Of a stretch of 64,000 bases of DNA, positions 50,491 to 63,790 are shown piece by piece. The notes under the pieces are model-generated. The model saw only the letters and a list, made by a program, of their open reading frames with translations. It was not told the origin of the DNA and ran no database searches. Source of the DNA: Eledone cirrhosa (taxonomy: Eukaryota). The position numbers and the translations under genes are program-made. Where the stretch lies: positions 183,396,001-183,460,000 of the forward strand of contig OZ024743.1 of the NCBI GenBank assembly GCA_964016885.1, in the 5' to 3' direction. Numbering within the stretch: the first letter of the stretch is position 1; each line of letters opens with the position of its first letter.

Positions 50491-51254
50491 TACCAGCTTA
50501 ATAATGTATGAAAGTTAGTTATATTAATAAATTTTTCTAAATTATTTGAAAATCATCGGCGGTGTCTTTCAAATATGAAAGGGTTTAAGACTGAGTCTTT
50601 AGCTGCCATTTCTAGCAGGTCAAGTATACCATGTTTGGGGATATGCCATATTTAAAACAGGAACTGAGTTTGGGTCAGTGGTGTGGGTAGATGCAAAGGG
50701 GAGAGGAATGTTTGTGGAGTGTGATCAGAGTACAAGGTTATAAGATTAATTTACCAGTTGAGAAATGGTGACAAACTTCCAGCATTAAAGCAAGACCTAT
50801 CAGTTTCCTTAACCCTAATTGAATTCCATACTTCCTCTCCTGGTAAGGTCACTCCCTCCACCCCACCACTGCTCCACTAAATTGTAACGGAGGAGGGAGG
50901 GGGGCACCCTTTATATTAATACAAACAACACACCACCATTAAAATTAAATTTCCCTTTTACGCTCATTTAGTTTCTTCAGTGTAATTAATTTTACATTTA
51001 TCTGAAGCAGAGTAATGAGGTAAGTTAAGTGAAAGCTGTTAAGAGAGATAGAAGGGAGGGAGAGAGAGAGATAAGTCAGAAAAGGGGGAGGGGGAGAAAC
51101 AGAAGGAATGAAAAGAAAACAAAAGACCATGCCCATATAAAATGGACCCAGTACATTCTGTAAACTGGTTGGTAATAGGAAGAGCATCCAGCCCTAGAAA
51201 ACTTGTCAAACAAAGGGTTGAGAGAAAGGATTCTTCAGTTGTATCCAAACACAT

Positions 51255-51445
51255 GACAACCCCTTCCTAATTTTGTTGACACTATGAAATGCACCCAGTG
51301 GACTCTACAGAGCATAGATGACAACCTTCGTAGTGTTGGTGACACTATGAAATGCACCCAGTGGACTCTACAGAGTATAGATGACAACCTTCGTAGTGTT
51401 GGTGACACTATGAATTGTACCCAGTGGACTCTACAGAGTGTAGGA
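51255..51445 (+). repeat. 63-bp tandem repeat, 3 copies, related to the RTE 3' UTR duplicated unit
   Basis: GGTGACACTATGAAATGCACCCAGTGGACTCTACAGAG resembles GGTGCCACG..AAAAAGCACCCAGC.CACACTGTAAAG at 29880. Confidence 0.8.
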
Positions 51446-52952
51446 ACATACATAAGCAAGATTTTGCTCTTGATCTGTCTGAAGGGGTTAGTAGCTTTGA
51501 TTAAGTACTGACTTGGTTCCTAATAACCAGCTTAATTCTTATCAAGTAAAGCAGATGTTGATGATGATGATGATATATATAGCCTCTATTTAACTTACAC
51601 AATACACACATGGCTACCTTACCCACCACATCTCTCTCATCCGTACTCAAGGGTTGGGACCACTATAGAAGCACTCAAAATACTCCATAAAACCACATAT
51701 TCAAAAGTAAACATAGAGAGGACTTTTCAGTTCCATCTAAGCAATGATAATTTCTATAGGGTTGGTGCTACAATAAAATACACCTGGTACAGTCTGTAAA
51801 GTGGTTGGCATTTAGGAAAGGCATCCATCCACTTGTAGAAACTTAGAGAGCTTTATAGTCACGCTAAGGACATGGCAACCTTTCCAGGGGTGGGAACCAT
51901 GATAACATAGACATATGGCCAGAAATATTTTGTGAAGTGGAGAAAGTTGATTATATCGATCCTTGGAAGGATGAAAGGCAACGGTGACCTCAACAGGATT
52001 TGAAACCAGAACACAGAGGATTATAATGAAATACTGCATGTATTTCATCACATGATCTAATGATTCTTCCAATCCACCGCCTTTTGTGCCATAAAATACA
52101 CCCTGTCCACTTATAAAGTAGTTGGTACATAGGAAAGGCATCTAGCTGTAGAAACCATGCAAAAACATGGTAGAGAGAGTTCTCCAGTCACATGAAGGAC
52201 ACGACAATCGTTTTAGTGTTGGCGTCATGATAAAATGCACCCAGTACCTAAGGCCAAGGGCACCAGAAGTCTCCACTGCTAGAGGCCCGACCGCAAACCT
52301 GTCGGAGAGCGACCGATACTTGGAGAGATTGCCCTCAGCAGAACCTGGGTTAAAAGAGCATATTAGCTACCACCATTACGGCCATCACGACCGCAATTAC
52401 CACTACCACCACCACCACCGCTACTACTACTATTACTACTACTACTACTACTACTACCATCACCGCCACTACTACCTCTACTACCAACATTAAAACTCTT
52501 GCTAATGATGAAAGATGAGAGGAGAGAATGAGATGGAAAAGGTGGGAGAGAGTTGGAAGGAGGGAGAGAGAGAGAGTGATGGAGAAAGAGAGAGAGAGAG
52601 AAGTGGGGGAGCAGAAACTTATTAAAACAATCTCTTCTCCAAACCAAACAAAGACCAACAACCATAACATGAACAACGATTGTTAAATATTATTAAACAG
52701 ACAAGCCTTTCTACTTAAACCAATCCTTTTATAGGACAATTTAGTCTATTTGATGTTCTTGTTTAACCCTAAGTCAGCTCTGACCAAGCAAGTCTATGAC
52801 CAAAGACATTCCAACATGGATTATTCTGTCTTTACTACATATGTAGGCAATTCAATGTCTATTTTTAAGGGGAAATTTACTTCTATTTCTAGTAGTTCAA
52901 GTGACTTCGTAGAAGCCTCTTCGTTTGGCACGATTTAGTCTGTTTGAATGAT

Positions 52953-53148
52953 AGTGGTGTACATTGTGACGTGATGGTGGTGCACATGGTGACATGGTGA
53001 CGTGGTGGTGGTGCACATGGTGACGTGGTGGTGGTGCACATGGTGACGTGGTGGTGGTGTACATTGTGACGTGGTGGTGGTGTACATTGTGACGTGATGG
53101 TGGTGCACATTGTGACGTGATGGTGGTGCACATGGTGACGTGGTGGTG
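52953..53148 (+). repeat. 22-23-bp G-rich minisatellite
   Basis: GTGACGTGGTGGTGGTGCACATG variants. Confidence 0.9.
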
Positions 53149-54061
53149 AACCCGACTAGTTAGCATGTGTGTGTATGTATTTAAATGTATGTATGTGTGT
53201 GTATATGTATGTGTACGTATGTGACTATATGTATGTGTATATATGTGTACATGTATGTATGAATAAATGTTTGAGAGAGAGTAATGGTTTAGCCACATAA
53301 ACACACGATCTTCTCAGAGAGAGGGGGGAGGGAGAAGACACAGAGAGAGAGGGAAACGAAAAGAACAATTTCTCAATAGTAAAAACAGTCTTGTGTGTGT
53401 GTGTGTGAGAGAGAGAAAGAGAGAAATGGAATGAAAAGTAAATAAAAGAGATAAGAGGTAGAGAAGTATGTATGGTAGTGGGAGAGAGTAGAGAGAGAGG
53501 TAGAAAAGTATGTATGGTGAGTGGGGGAGTAGAGGTTGAAGAAAGAAAGAGAGAAGAAAGAGAAAGGGGAGGAAATAAAACTAAAAAACTGAAGTGAAAA
53601 AATTCCGATTAAATTTCCCAGTGGACTTATACAGACACATACATACACAAACACACATATATATAGACATACAGACACACAATACCTACATATGCATACA
53701 CACACTCATATATATATATAAAATACCTACACATACACGCATTCATATATACATACATACAGTGAGTCAACAATGATATCTTTCTGTGGTTGTGAGACCT
53801 GCTATAAACAACAGCTAAACACCACCTAAAGTACTACGCCCTATTATTTTAATAAGGGACCATACATTGAATAATGTGTACGTCTGACAAACTTTTTAAG
53901 ATCAAGACTACAGCTAGAATAGCTTTGGTTATAGGTCTGCTGGATTAATACTGACTTGGGGCTAAATAACACATATATACACACCCCTCTCACAACCATA
54001 CACACACATACATACATACACTCCCCCACAACCATACACAGACATATACACACACACACGC

Positions 54062-54113
<52 letters not shown>

Positions 54114-55277
54114 CCACCCACCCATGCACACAAAAACGATTAAGTGTCAAAAACATTGGCTTGATTGAACACAAGACACGTGCTCTCTCTCTCTTTCACA
54201 TACACACACACCAATCCAGAGCACACACATATATATACAAATCCACTACACACACACACACACACACAACTGTGTTAGTGAAATGAAATAAAGAAAAAAC
54301 TAAGAAATCTACAAAAATGGCTCAATTTTATTACTTTGACATGAGAGAGAGGGAGAGAACAAGAGAGGTAAACGGAGAGAGGGAGAAAGAAAGAAAGAGG
54401 TAGAGGGACAGAGAGACACGTTAAGAAAACTAAAGAGGGAGAGAGAGAGAGAGGTTGCATGGAAGGAGAGAAAGACAGTGAGTAGTGAGTAAAACTAGAA
54501 AACAAAAGAAGAGAGTAAAGAAAGCTGAGAGTTGAAAAAGGAAGACTGGACAGGAGACAAAGTGAGGTTTTTGAAAATGTGTGTTGAAGAGGTGGGACAT
54601 TTCTACCTAAAGATAATCACTATTATTCTTTAGTGCCACCAATCTTGACAGGTAAGCTGTCTTTAGGAAAATATCATAATTTAATTAGTTGGATTAGAAC
54701 ATTTTAGATGGATATGAGAGAGGGAGAATGAGAGAGATAGAATGAAAAGCTGCATTCGAGGAAAGTAGCATAATTTTAAATTAGTTAGAAAAGTTTTAGA
54801 GAGATAGATGATACAAAGAGACGATAGACAAACAGATAGATAGATAGACAGAGAATGAGGAAGTTTATATGGACAGATGATAGATGAGAAGTGTGGTCTG
54901 GAGGAGACAAGGAAAGAGTGTCAGAAATAACGGAGAATAATCAGAGAGAGACTGGGAGATATCAAATCTATAAACAACAAGAACAATGCGAAAATATGGA
55001 AAGAAAAAGGCAAAGAAAGTTTTTCTTATTACCCCCCCCCCCTCTCCTCGCCCATCAAGTTTCTTAATTATTATAGAGAAATATAATTACAACTATTACA
55101 ACACAGACTTAGTCTCGGGATATTATCTTAGAGTGACAATCACATACATATATACAGACATTTATATTAACATACACACACATATATATATATATATAAG
55201 GAAGGAAGTATGGTAAGGAACCAAGTGGACCATAACAGACCAGAGTACTCGATACTTTGGGTAGTAGAGTGGGTAAA

Positions 55278-55402
55278 AGGAAAAGAGTCAGAACCCCGAC
55301 GGCAGAGCTCAAGCCGTTTCGACAGCTTTTTCTGGACTAAAAAGTCCATTAATAACTGTCGAAACGGCTTGAGCTCTGCCGTCGGGGTTCTGACTATTTT
55401 CC

Positions 55403-55403
<1 letters not shown>
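55278..55403. repeat. Long inverted repeat (40-bp perfect arms; 48 bp with one mismatch)
   Basis: 55286-55325 is the exact reverse complement of 55356-55395; the 30-nt spacer holds a second hairpin TGGACT-AAAA-AGTCCA. Confidence 0.97.
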
Positions 55404-55436
<33 letters not shown>

Positions 55437-55666
55437 TACACAGACAAAGAGACACTTACACACACACACACACACACTATATATATATATATAAAGACAT
55501 CACAGACAGCCACATAATGTTTGTGTTTGATATAGTAGAAACAACAAAACAACAAACAAAGTTTTATCATAACTGGGAGCTCGAAACTTTAGTTTACTCC
55601 AAGTTTCACATTTCTGATCCTCGGAAGATCAGGTGAGAAACTCAGAGTAACAGGTAATGAAGTTTT

Positions 55667-55845
55667 CTGTCCGGTACCACCGAGATACACATACATATAT
55701 ATATAAACACAATTACACACACACATTAAATATATATATGTGTGTGTGTAATTGTGTTTATATATATGTGTGTGTGTAATTGTGTTTATATATATGTGTG
55801 TGTAATTGTGTTTATATGTATGTGTATCTCGGTGGTACCGGACAG
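55667..55845. repeat. Second long inverted repeat with microsatellite-like core
   Basis: CTGTCCGGTACCACCGAGATACACATACATATA ... TATATGTATGTGTATCTCGGTGGTACCGGACAG; the inner TGTGTAATTGTGTTTATAT unit is triplicated on the right arm. Confidence 0.95.
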
Positions 55846-56809
55846 CTAACGATGTCTGTTATCTAACACTTCCCACAACTTGATTGTAACACCAGAGAGA
55901 GAGAAGGAGTGTGAGAGAGGAGAGAAAGATAGGGTGAGTGAGAGAGAGGAAAAGTGTGTGTGTGTGAGAGAGAGGGAGAAAGTGTGTGTGTGTGTGTGTG
56001 AGAGAGAGGGAGTGTGTGTGTGTGTGAAAGAGAGAGAGGGAGAGAGAGAGAGAGAAACAACCTGTTTTGTTTTATATTCGTCTCTCGTGTTAGTTTATTA
56101 GGTGTTCTGTCTACTAACAAGAGAAAGGTAGGTTAAAGTTTGTTTATCCAATACCAAAAGTTACCAACCTCCAAACACTCACCCCAAATAACCAAACCCC
56201 AACATCGCCACTATGTGTGTGTCTCTGTGTATATGTAAGTGTCTCTCTTGTCTGTGTATGTGTGTGTCTCTATGTGTATATGTAAGTGTCTATCTGTCTG
56301 TGTATGTGTCTCTATGTGTATATGTAAGTGTCTATCTGTCTGTGTATGTGTGTTTCTATGTGTATATGTAAGTGTCTATCTGTCTATGTATGTGTCTCTA
56401 TGTGTATATGTAAGTGTCTATCTGTCTGTGTGTGTGTGTGTGTCTCTATGTGTATATGTAAGTGTCTATCTGTCTGTGTATGTGTGTGTATCTCTATGTG
56501 TATATGTAAGTGTCTATCTGTCTGTGTATGTGTGTGTGTCCCGTGTTTCTCTCTATGTGTATACGTCTGTCTATCGCTTTCTGTGTATGTCTGTCTCTCT
56601 CTCTATCTATCTGTATGTCAGTATGTGTGTGTATGTGTCTCTCTCTGTAAACATCTGTCCTATGTGTATGTGTGTATATCTGTCTGTGTGTGTGTTTTAA
56701 AAATAAGGAGAAAATAGTCGGAGATTACCTGGTTAATTAATTTAACCGAAAATTACATAGCTACCATACTGGCCTACAACCAGTTCAGACATTGATGATG
56801 ATGATGATG

Positions 56810-57012
56810 TTTTCTGAGGCAAAAGGCCAGCAATTTTGATGGTGGTGGTGGGGAAGTTGATAATATACCGACTCCAGCACGTTACTGGTATTCTATTTTA
56901 TATACGTCGGAAGGATAATAGACAAAGTTGACCCCGGACGGAATTGAAACTCAGAATCGAAACAAACACTGCCGAGTATGTTGTCCGACGCTCTACCGAC
57001 TCTGCCAATTCG
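56810..57012 (-). mobile_element. Diverged SINE A-related copy (another at 51945-52082)
   Basis: CTCTACCGACTCTGCCAATT head, TTGAAACTCAGAA B-box, ACTGGTATTCTATTTTAT body. Confidence 0.7.
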
Positions 57013-57191
57013 GTCATCATCATCATCAACAGTAACTTTTGTTTTCATCTATATATTGAGTTATTATTCATTAATTTAAATATCTATAAGGAAGGGCATG
57101 GATTTTCCTTCCTAAACAAACGAAAGCTTTGCAATAACAATTATAATAGTAATAGTTTTTTTTTACACAAGTGCAGCATATACAAAATCTT

Positions 57192-57259
<68 letters not shown>

Positions 57260-57633
57260 AAATTCCTCCAATAAATCATGGATACCTTCTACACCCAGCC
57301 AGATGTCTCTGTAAACAACTCTCGACTTGAGTGGGCCATGTTGTCCAAATCCGGATTCAAAAGATTTTACCAGATGGTGCTATTAAGTTAGACATGGCCT
57401 GAGTCATTACTGACCGAAACCTATAAAAGTTATATATAACTGAAGGAACACCTACCGATGAAGGGAGTTTCCAGTTCCATTTAAGTACTGACTTGGCCTG
57501 TGGTGATACATTCAACCCTTGCTAGCAGACAGAACAAATGTTAAATGCTGGTGTTGAGGATATATATATATGTCCCATCCTTGCAAGCAAGGAAAAGCGG
57601 ACGTAAAATGATGATAATGATGATATATTTATA

Positions 57634-57809
57634 CAGTGAAATTCAGTTATAACGAAATTCACGGAGTATTAAAAAATATTCGTTGTAATGAAAAATTCTT
57701 TATAACAAGATCGACCTAACACATTGTGTGTTTGGCTGGAGATTGAAACCAATTTTGTTATAATGAAAAATTCGTTATCGTGGTATTCGTTATAACGGAA
57801 TTTTACCTG
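57634..57809. mobile_element. Tc1/mariner-pogo-type MITE
   Basis: TA|CAGTGAAATTCAGTTATAACGAA ... TTCGTTATAACGGAATTTTACCTG imperfect TIRs with internal TTCGTTATAA-like subrepeats. Confidence 0.75.
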
Positions 57810-58079
57810 ATTATAAACACAGGATGTTTGGAAAGTTACTATGACTCACAAATAAACTTCAAATATAAAATTGGAGAGATTTTCTCAGAATTGTGTATGG
57901 ATTAGTGAATGCTTGTGTTTGTAAATGAAGAAAAAATACTCAATATGTAATGTAGAGTTGATGAGAATGATGATGACTATAATGATTGTACTGCATTTCT
58001 GACTGTCTGTCACACAAATGCTGTAACTTGACAAAATTGTTCTAAATGTGTTTCATTCATGCCAGAAGTCAGCATGCCA

Positions 58080-58305
58080 TGCTAATATTTTTAATGAAAG
58101 ACACTACCAACAATTTTCAAATAATTTTGAAAATAATCAAGAATTTGAAGAGATTTAGTAAAAAAAAGTAACTTTCCCATTATTAAGTTGATGTTGGAAC
58201 ATAACTTTATGAAGATTCTTAGATAAATATATATATATACTTTGAATCAGTTTTGTAACATTGAACCAGGGGCTGTTTCAGGCAGTTTGGTAGCAAAGGG
58301 GTTAA
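58080..58305 (-). mobile_element. TTAA-ended MITE copy with well-preserved terminus
   Basis: Minus strand begins TTAACCCCTTTGCTACCAAACTGCCTGAAACAGCCCCTGGTTC; body matches 33772-34193. Confidence 0.7.
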
Positions 58306-58694
58306 ATTTTAGTCGCTGTGAAAATGGGAACACAAAACACAGATTTCCAATGCAATAAATCCAGTTTTAAATCATATACACACAAACACAATCACTTGGA
58401 CATACACATAACCATATAACCATGCAAACACATATACACATATATCTGTGTGTGTATGTGTATACATTCTACAAATCAATGTATACACACATATATACAC
58501 AATCCTATTTCACATGACTTCATATTACTAAGAGCAAAAACCGTTTTAGAATAAAGTTTCAAAACCTTAAAACAAAAGTTGTATTTTATATATTTTAATG
58601 TCACTAATATCAAGACTAAAATAGATTACTTTCCACTTGATGACAGTGCTCTAACATGGCCTTGGCTGTCATGGCTAAAACAAACAAAAGTTGA

Positions 58695-58895
58695 TATTGT
58701 TTAGCCCCAGGCTAGCCCTGTTTGAGCAGAATTATGATCATAAAGCTTTCCAACTGAGATTATCCTACCCTTTATTCAAACATAATATATCTAGGACTAC
58801 ATTATAGTATGAGCAATTTCTTTTTATAACATGGAAGGGAGCTTGGCTGCTCTTTCTAACATGTCGATAAACCTAGTAGAGGCTCCCTTGTTGGC
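58695..58895 (-). repeat. Further dispersed short-repeat family (related pieces at 755-852, 3028-3160, 50595-50630, 52765-52880, 53790-53970)
   Basis: Shared GTTTA(A/G)CCC(C/T)A(A/G)G end and TTGGCTGCT.TTTCTA motif. Confidence 0.55.
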
Positions 58896-59879
58896 CTGTT
58901 TCCATTTGACTTGTGTTTATTTTGGGAAATGTTAATCCTCTTCTCCCTTCATAAACACTGCTGTTAAAATCACAAGATTTCTAACATTGCGCCAATTTAC
59001 AATATCTTTAACTATGGCCATGTGGATAAGATGTTCACTTCTGAATCACAATCACATATTTCTGAGTTCAATTCCAATGAATGACACCCTAGAAACTTCC
59101 CCACAAACCCAGGAAAACTGAAGAAATGAGTTGCAATGTCTCTGGTTAAAAGATGTATTGGCCTTTGCCTTGGGCGACATCATATATAGTGTATATACAT
59201 TGTACATAGTGTATATATAATACATAGTGTATATACAAGTTGAAATGTCACTGGTGCCAAACTATCGGCCTTTACCTTTCCCCCTGGACAACAACATATA
59301 GAGTATATATATAATGTACGTAATGTGTATATAATATATATGAGTTGCGATGTCACTGGTGCCAAGTTGTATCGGTCTTGACCTTTCTCTTGGGCGACAT
59401 CAGTGGTGACTGCTGGTATTCCACAAAAGTTCCTTGCCTGGGTTTGTGCCGTGGAGAGGAACTTTCTAGGTACAAACCTATGGTTATTTGTCATTGATGG
59501 GGTTCTTTACTACCAGAGCAACTAAGTTTGTAATATGTTAGCGTGGAAAATGGACGTTAAATGATGATGATGATGAAGCTAAGATAATTTGATTAATTTT
59601 GCCAAAACAATATTGTGAGCAGTGAAAATAAAACTTGTAAAACCAATATTGAACAATTATCATATTTTGTCTCTTTAGATAATAGAAAGTGAGACCAGAA
59701 TTCATCTGAGAAGAAACAGAAATAATAAATGATTTACTTGATATTCTCAGTCAATATTGCTTTATACTGGTTTTCAAAAACATATTTTTACTGTAGTAGT
59801 ACATGTTTCAGTTAAATCAATCTTACCACATTTGTAGCATGGATATAATCATCATCATTGTTTAAACGTCCATCATATG

Positions 59880-60927
59880 AGTACATAAAAAATGTAGTGG
59901 GATCACAGACAGGCTATCAAAGAACGTAGGTTTAAAATGCGGCTGATGCTCAGGTGCAGTAAGTAACAAGTGCCTACAAGATACTAGCTCTTCCAGTTGC
60001 CCGGAGGGCTCTGTAGAAGTAGTTGATAGTTTCTGTTACCTGGGTGACCAAATTAACAGTGTAGGATGGTGTTCCGAAAGTACAGAAGCCAGAGTAAGAA
60101 TAGGATGGAGAAAGTTCTGAGAGCTACTACCTCTGGTAACTACGAAAGGTTTTTCCCTCAAAATGAAGGGTAGATTGTATGATGCATGTATACGAACAAC
60201 AATGTTACATGGTAGTGAGACCTGGGCACTGTGTGCAGAGGACCTACAAAGATTAGAAAGAAATGAAGCATGCATGCTCCAATAGATGTGTAATAGTAAT
60301 ATACATAAGCAGCAAAGTGTAAATGAACAGAGAGAAATTAGGCATAAGAGGGATTAGATGCAGTATACAAGAGAAGAGATTGCGCTGGTATGGACATGTG
60401 ATGCATATGAAAGATGACATCTGTATAAATTTGATGGAAGCTATGGAGTAGGAGGACCTGGGATGAGGTGATAAAAGCTGACCATGCGCAATTGCACCTC
60501 TCAAAGACAATGACACAGGATCGAAATCTTTGGCATTATGCAGTAATACAGAAGACATCTTCCCATGCGAACGGATTCAAAACATACACTTAGTAGGCAC
60601 CTTTTAACCACTATACCACCTTCCATGCACCCCCACACCCACCACCCACTTCTGTCCACACCGATCTGACACTAACGTTATGTGGTATCACAACAAAAAA
60701 GCATCCAGCCTACACTGTAAAGTGGTCGTGTGGGTGTCATGACAAAAAGCACCCAACACACACTCTAAATGTGGTTAGTGTTAGGAAGGGCATCCAGCCT
60801 TAGAAACCTAGCCAGAAACAGTTCTATACAAGCAAGACACGGTCATTTGACCTGACTTGCCTCTAATGGGACAACCTGTCTAACCCATGCTAGCGTGGAA
60901 AAATGGATGTTAAACAATGATGATGAT
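59880..60927 (+). mobile_element. 5'-truncated degenerate RTE (family 2-like) with long 3' UTR
   Basis: VDSFCYLGD, GRLYDACIRTTMLHGSETWAL, RLRWYGHVM align with the intact ORF; followed by the same 3' UTR module and (TGA)n tail. Confidence 0.92.
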
Positions 60928-60964
<37 letters not shown>

Positions 60965-61744
60965 CACATCTGTCCAACCTTTGCAAGCAGGCAAAATGGA
61001 TATTAACTGGTGATACACAAACATATATATACACATATACACACATGCATTAACCTCACATAATTATCTATGCAATACCCCTCCCCTCTTCAGTTAATAA
61101 TTAATAGATATATGTGGAGTTATTCAGCACTGAAACTTTACTATTTGATCTGTTCTGTTCAACTAAAGAATTTACAGATAACCAGGAGAGCAAAATGAAA
61201 CTTTGCAAACCTCTCTCTCTGTCTGTGTTGTGTGAGCGAAAGATATATATATATATATATAGAGAGAGAGATAGAGAGAGTGCTGTTTCAACAGACACCA
61301 CTACTCTCATATATGAAATATTTGAACAGATAAGTTGTTCAAATATGTCTTCAAGTGCATAAAAGTTATTTTTAGTTCCAGCTCTTCTATTTTCATCCTC
61401 AAAAGAACAAAGACACGTGAAAATTTAAATATTTCTATTATATTTATATATATATATATCAACAAACATTGTGTATATGTAGCCAGTCTCTCAGGCTTTT
61501 ACGAAGTGCTGAGGTGATAAAGTTAATATAAAGAATGGTGTACTCATGTTCAAAGATGCTATAAAATAGTTTATGAAATAGAGTGAAGTTGCTTTAATAT
61601 TGGAAAAAGAAGTTGGCATTGGCCGTTCTGTGGAATTGAACCCCATATCTCCTAGATATCGATGGCAACTTCTTTTTCCGTGTTTAAGGGTCTTCATCCT
61701 ATTTTATACTATTTCCACATCATTCTTTATATATATTTGCCATT

Positions 61745-62030
61745 TTGTGATCCAGCTGACAGGCTGAGGACATGCTGGGGCACCGCCATTGATGCTACAG
61801 CCATGGTTGGCCACTGATGTAAAAGGGAGTTTATTGCAGCTGCTCTTATTTTATGCTTCACCTCATGCTGGGGTTTTATCTGGGATCTCAGTCAACAGGA
61901 TGTCAAGATGACTCTTAAAAACATCCACATGCACACCATGCAGATCTTTCAGACTCTTTGGTAGCTTATTAAAACGCTGAGGTCCCTTGAACCACAGGCT
62001 ATTGCAGTATGTGGTCCTTATTCTCGATAT
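61745..62030 (-). mobile_element. 3' fragment of a CR1-group LINE
   Basis: YCNSLWFKGPQRFNKLPKSLKDLHGVHVDVFKSHLDILLTEIPD ... AAAINSL pattern; 3' UTR GGCGGTGCCCCCAGCATG. Confidence 0.7.
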
Positions 62031-62620
62031 ATATGTGTGTGTGTCGTGGTACAGTGAATATGTTGCAAGCCTAGTTGTTAGTGTGTTGAACATGGTCTGC
62101 CTCTACTACAGCTTCCTTCCACTGGAAACTCTGGACATTTCTTCACCAACAATCATAATTTCAGACATTGGATGGGATCAATATTTATTTTTGGATCAAT
62201 CGCAATCAAAGATTGGCAGTAAGATAAAGGCTTCCAAAACAAAAGAGGTCTAACATGTTTTATTGGCAGAGAATTATATATTAAGTGTGTCTGACATTAG
62301 TCTGTGTCTGGGTGTATGTGTCTGTGAGTGTGTGTGTGTGTGAGAGTGCATGCTGTGTGTGTGTGTGCTTGTCTATGTGCCTGTGTATTAGTCAGTGGTG
62401 GAAGAGGGGATAATACATTACTAGCTAATGTAAAAAAAAATATTAGTTATGAGAGAATAATCTGGTTTACTTATATATATATATATGTGAAGTAATTCCG
62501 TCGGAATATATATATATAGAGAGAGAGAGGTATAAATTTGAATTTATTTTTTTGATTCCTGTTTTTATGCTCCACTGCAAATGTATTCAAATTTAGTACG
62601 ATATACTGTGTGATTTAGTA

Positions 62621-63700
62621 TCTACATTAATAAAGCTGACGGCCGTATGTAACAAACATTTGGCAAAACGGCTGGACCAAACAGCACCAAATTTGCACCA
62701 TAGATGTAACTTTTCCAAGGAAGAAAGTGAGGGTATTTTTGTCTACTAAATTTCGTTAATATTGATTTAAGATATTTTGTTTATCTAAAGATTCACTTCT
62801 TTAAAATGGTCAAATGTCAACACTTCCGGTTAGCGATCGCTTAAATAAACATTCATATATTTTGCAGTTTATATATAATATCATCTTTTTTTTTAATGTA
62901 TCATGGATTAAATTTCTGTGTATATTGTCAATCTCTATCTATATTAATAAAGCTGACGGCGGTATGTAAAGGGACGAGTACATTACTGGTACTTTATTAT
63001 ATATATTATATATAATACAACATTCCTCTCTCTTTCTTACTCTGTCTTTTTAGATAGATATAGAACTATAAGGTCGCGCGCTTATAATATCTGTATGTCT
63101 ACATTGACTTCGCTTCTAACCAACTTTTAATTATATATTCGTGTACATATTTTCAACAGTAATACTGTACTATATGTTTTCAACAGTAATACTATACTAC
63201 ATATTTTCAGCAGTAATACTATATATTTTCAACAGTAGTACTGTACTATATATTTTCAACAGTAGTACTGTACTATATATTTTCAACAGTAATACTGTAC
63301 TACATATTTTCAACATTAATACTATACTATACTATATATTTTCAACATTAATACTATATATTTTCAACAGTAATAGTATACTATATATTTTCAACAGTAA
63401 TACTATATATTTTTAACAGTAATATTATATTATATATTTTTAACAGTAATCTATATATCTAAAACAGAGAATGTCTGTCTGACTCCCTAAAACTCGAGAA
63501 CCACCCAACCGACTTTTTCAAAACTTTACACATGTAAAACTTATGGTCCTGTGAGTGTTTTGAGCAAAAAAAATTTCAAATTTCCAATGCCCTAGGGACG
63601 GCATTAGGCGATCTCTCTCTTTAATTCTTATTCTTTCTTTTTAGATAGATACATAGATATAACATTGCACCCTTATAATATCTGTCTGTATGTCTGGCTG
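62621..63700 (+). mobile_element. Cluster of Helitron-like 5' ends and fragments
   Basis: A|TCTA(C/T)ATTAATAAAGCTGACGGC.GTATGTAA at 62621 and 62938; A|TCTATATATCTAAAA...GTCTGTCTG at 63450; shared block 63025-63100 vs 63612-63695. No CTRR 3' end identified. Confidence 0.5.
63143..63450 (+). repeat. About 26-bp minisatellite
   Basis: TATATTTTCAACAGTAATACTGTACTA variants. Confidence 0.9.
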
Positions 63701-63757
63701 TCTGCATTACAACATTATGACACTATGTGTGTGTGTGTATATATGTATATATATATA

Positions 63758-63790
<33 letters not shown>

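Noticed and set aside
54540-56135. Scattered splice-like signals (54652, 55633, 56101-56130) suggesting a gene start
   Set aside because: No coherent reading frame or chain of exons can be supported without transcript data.
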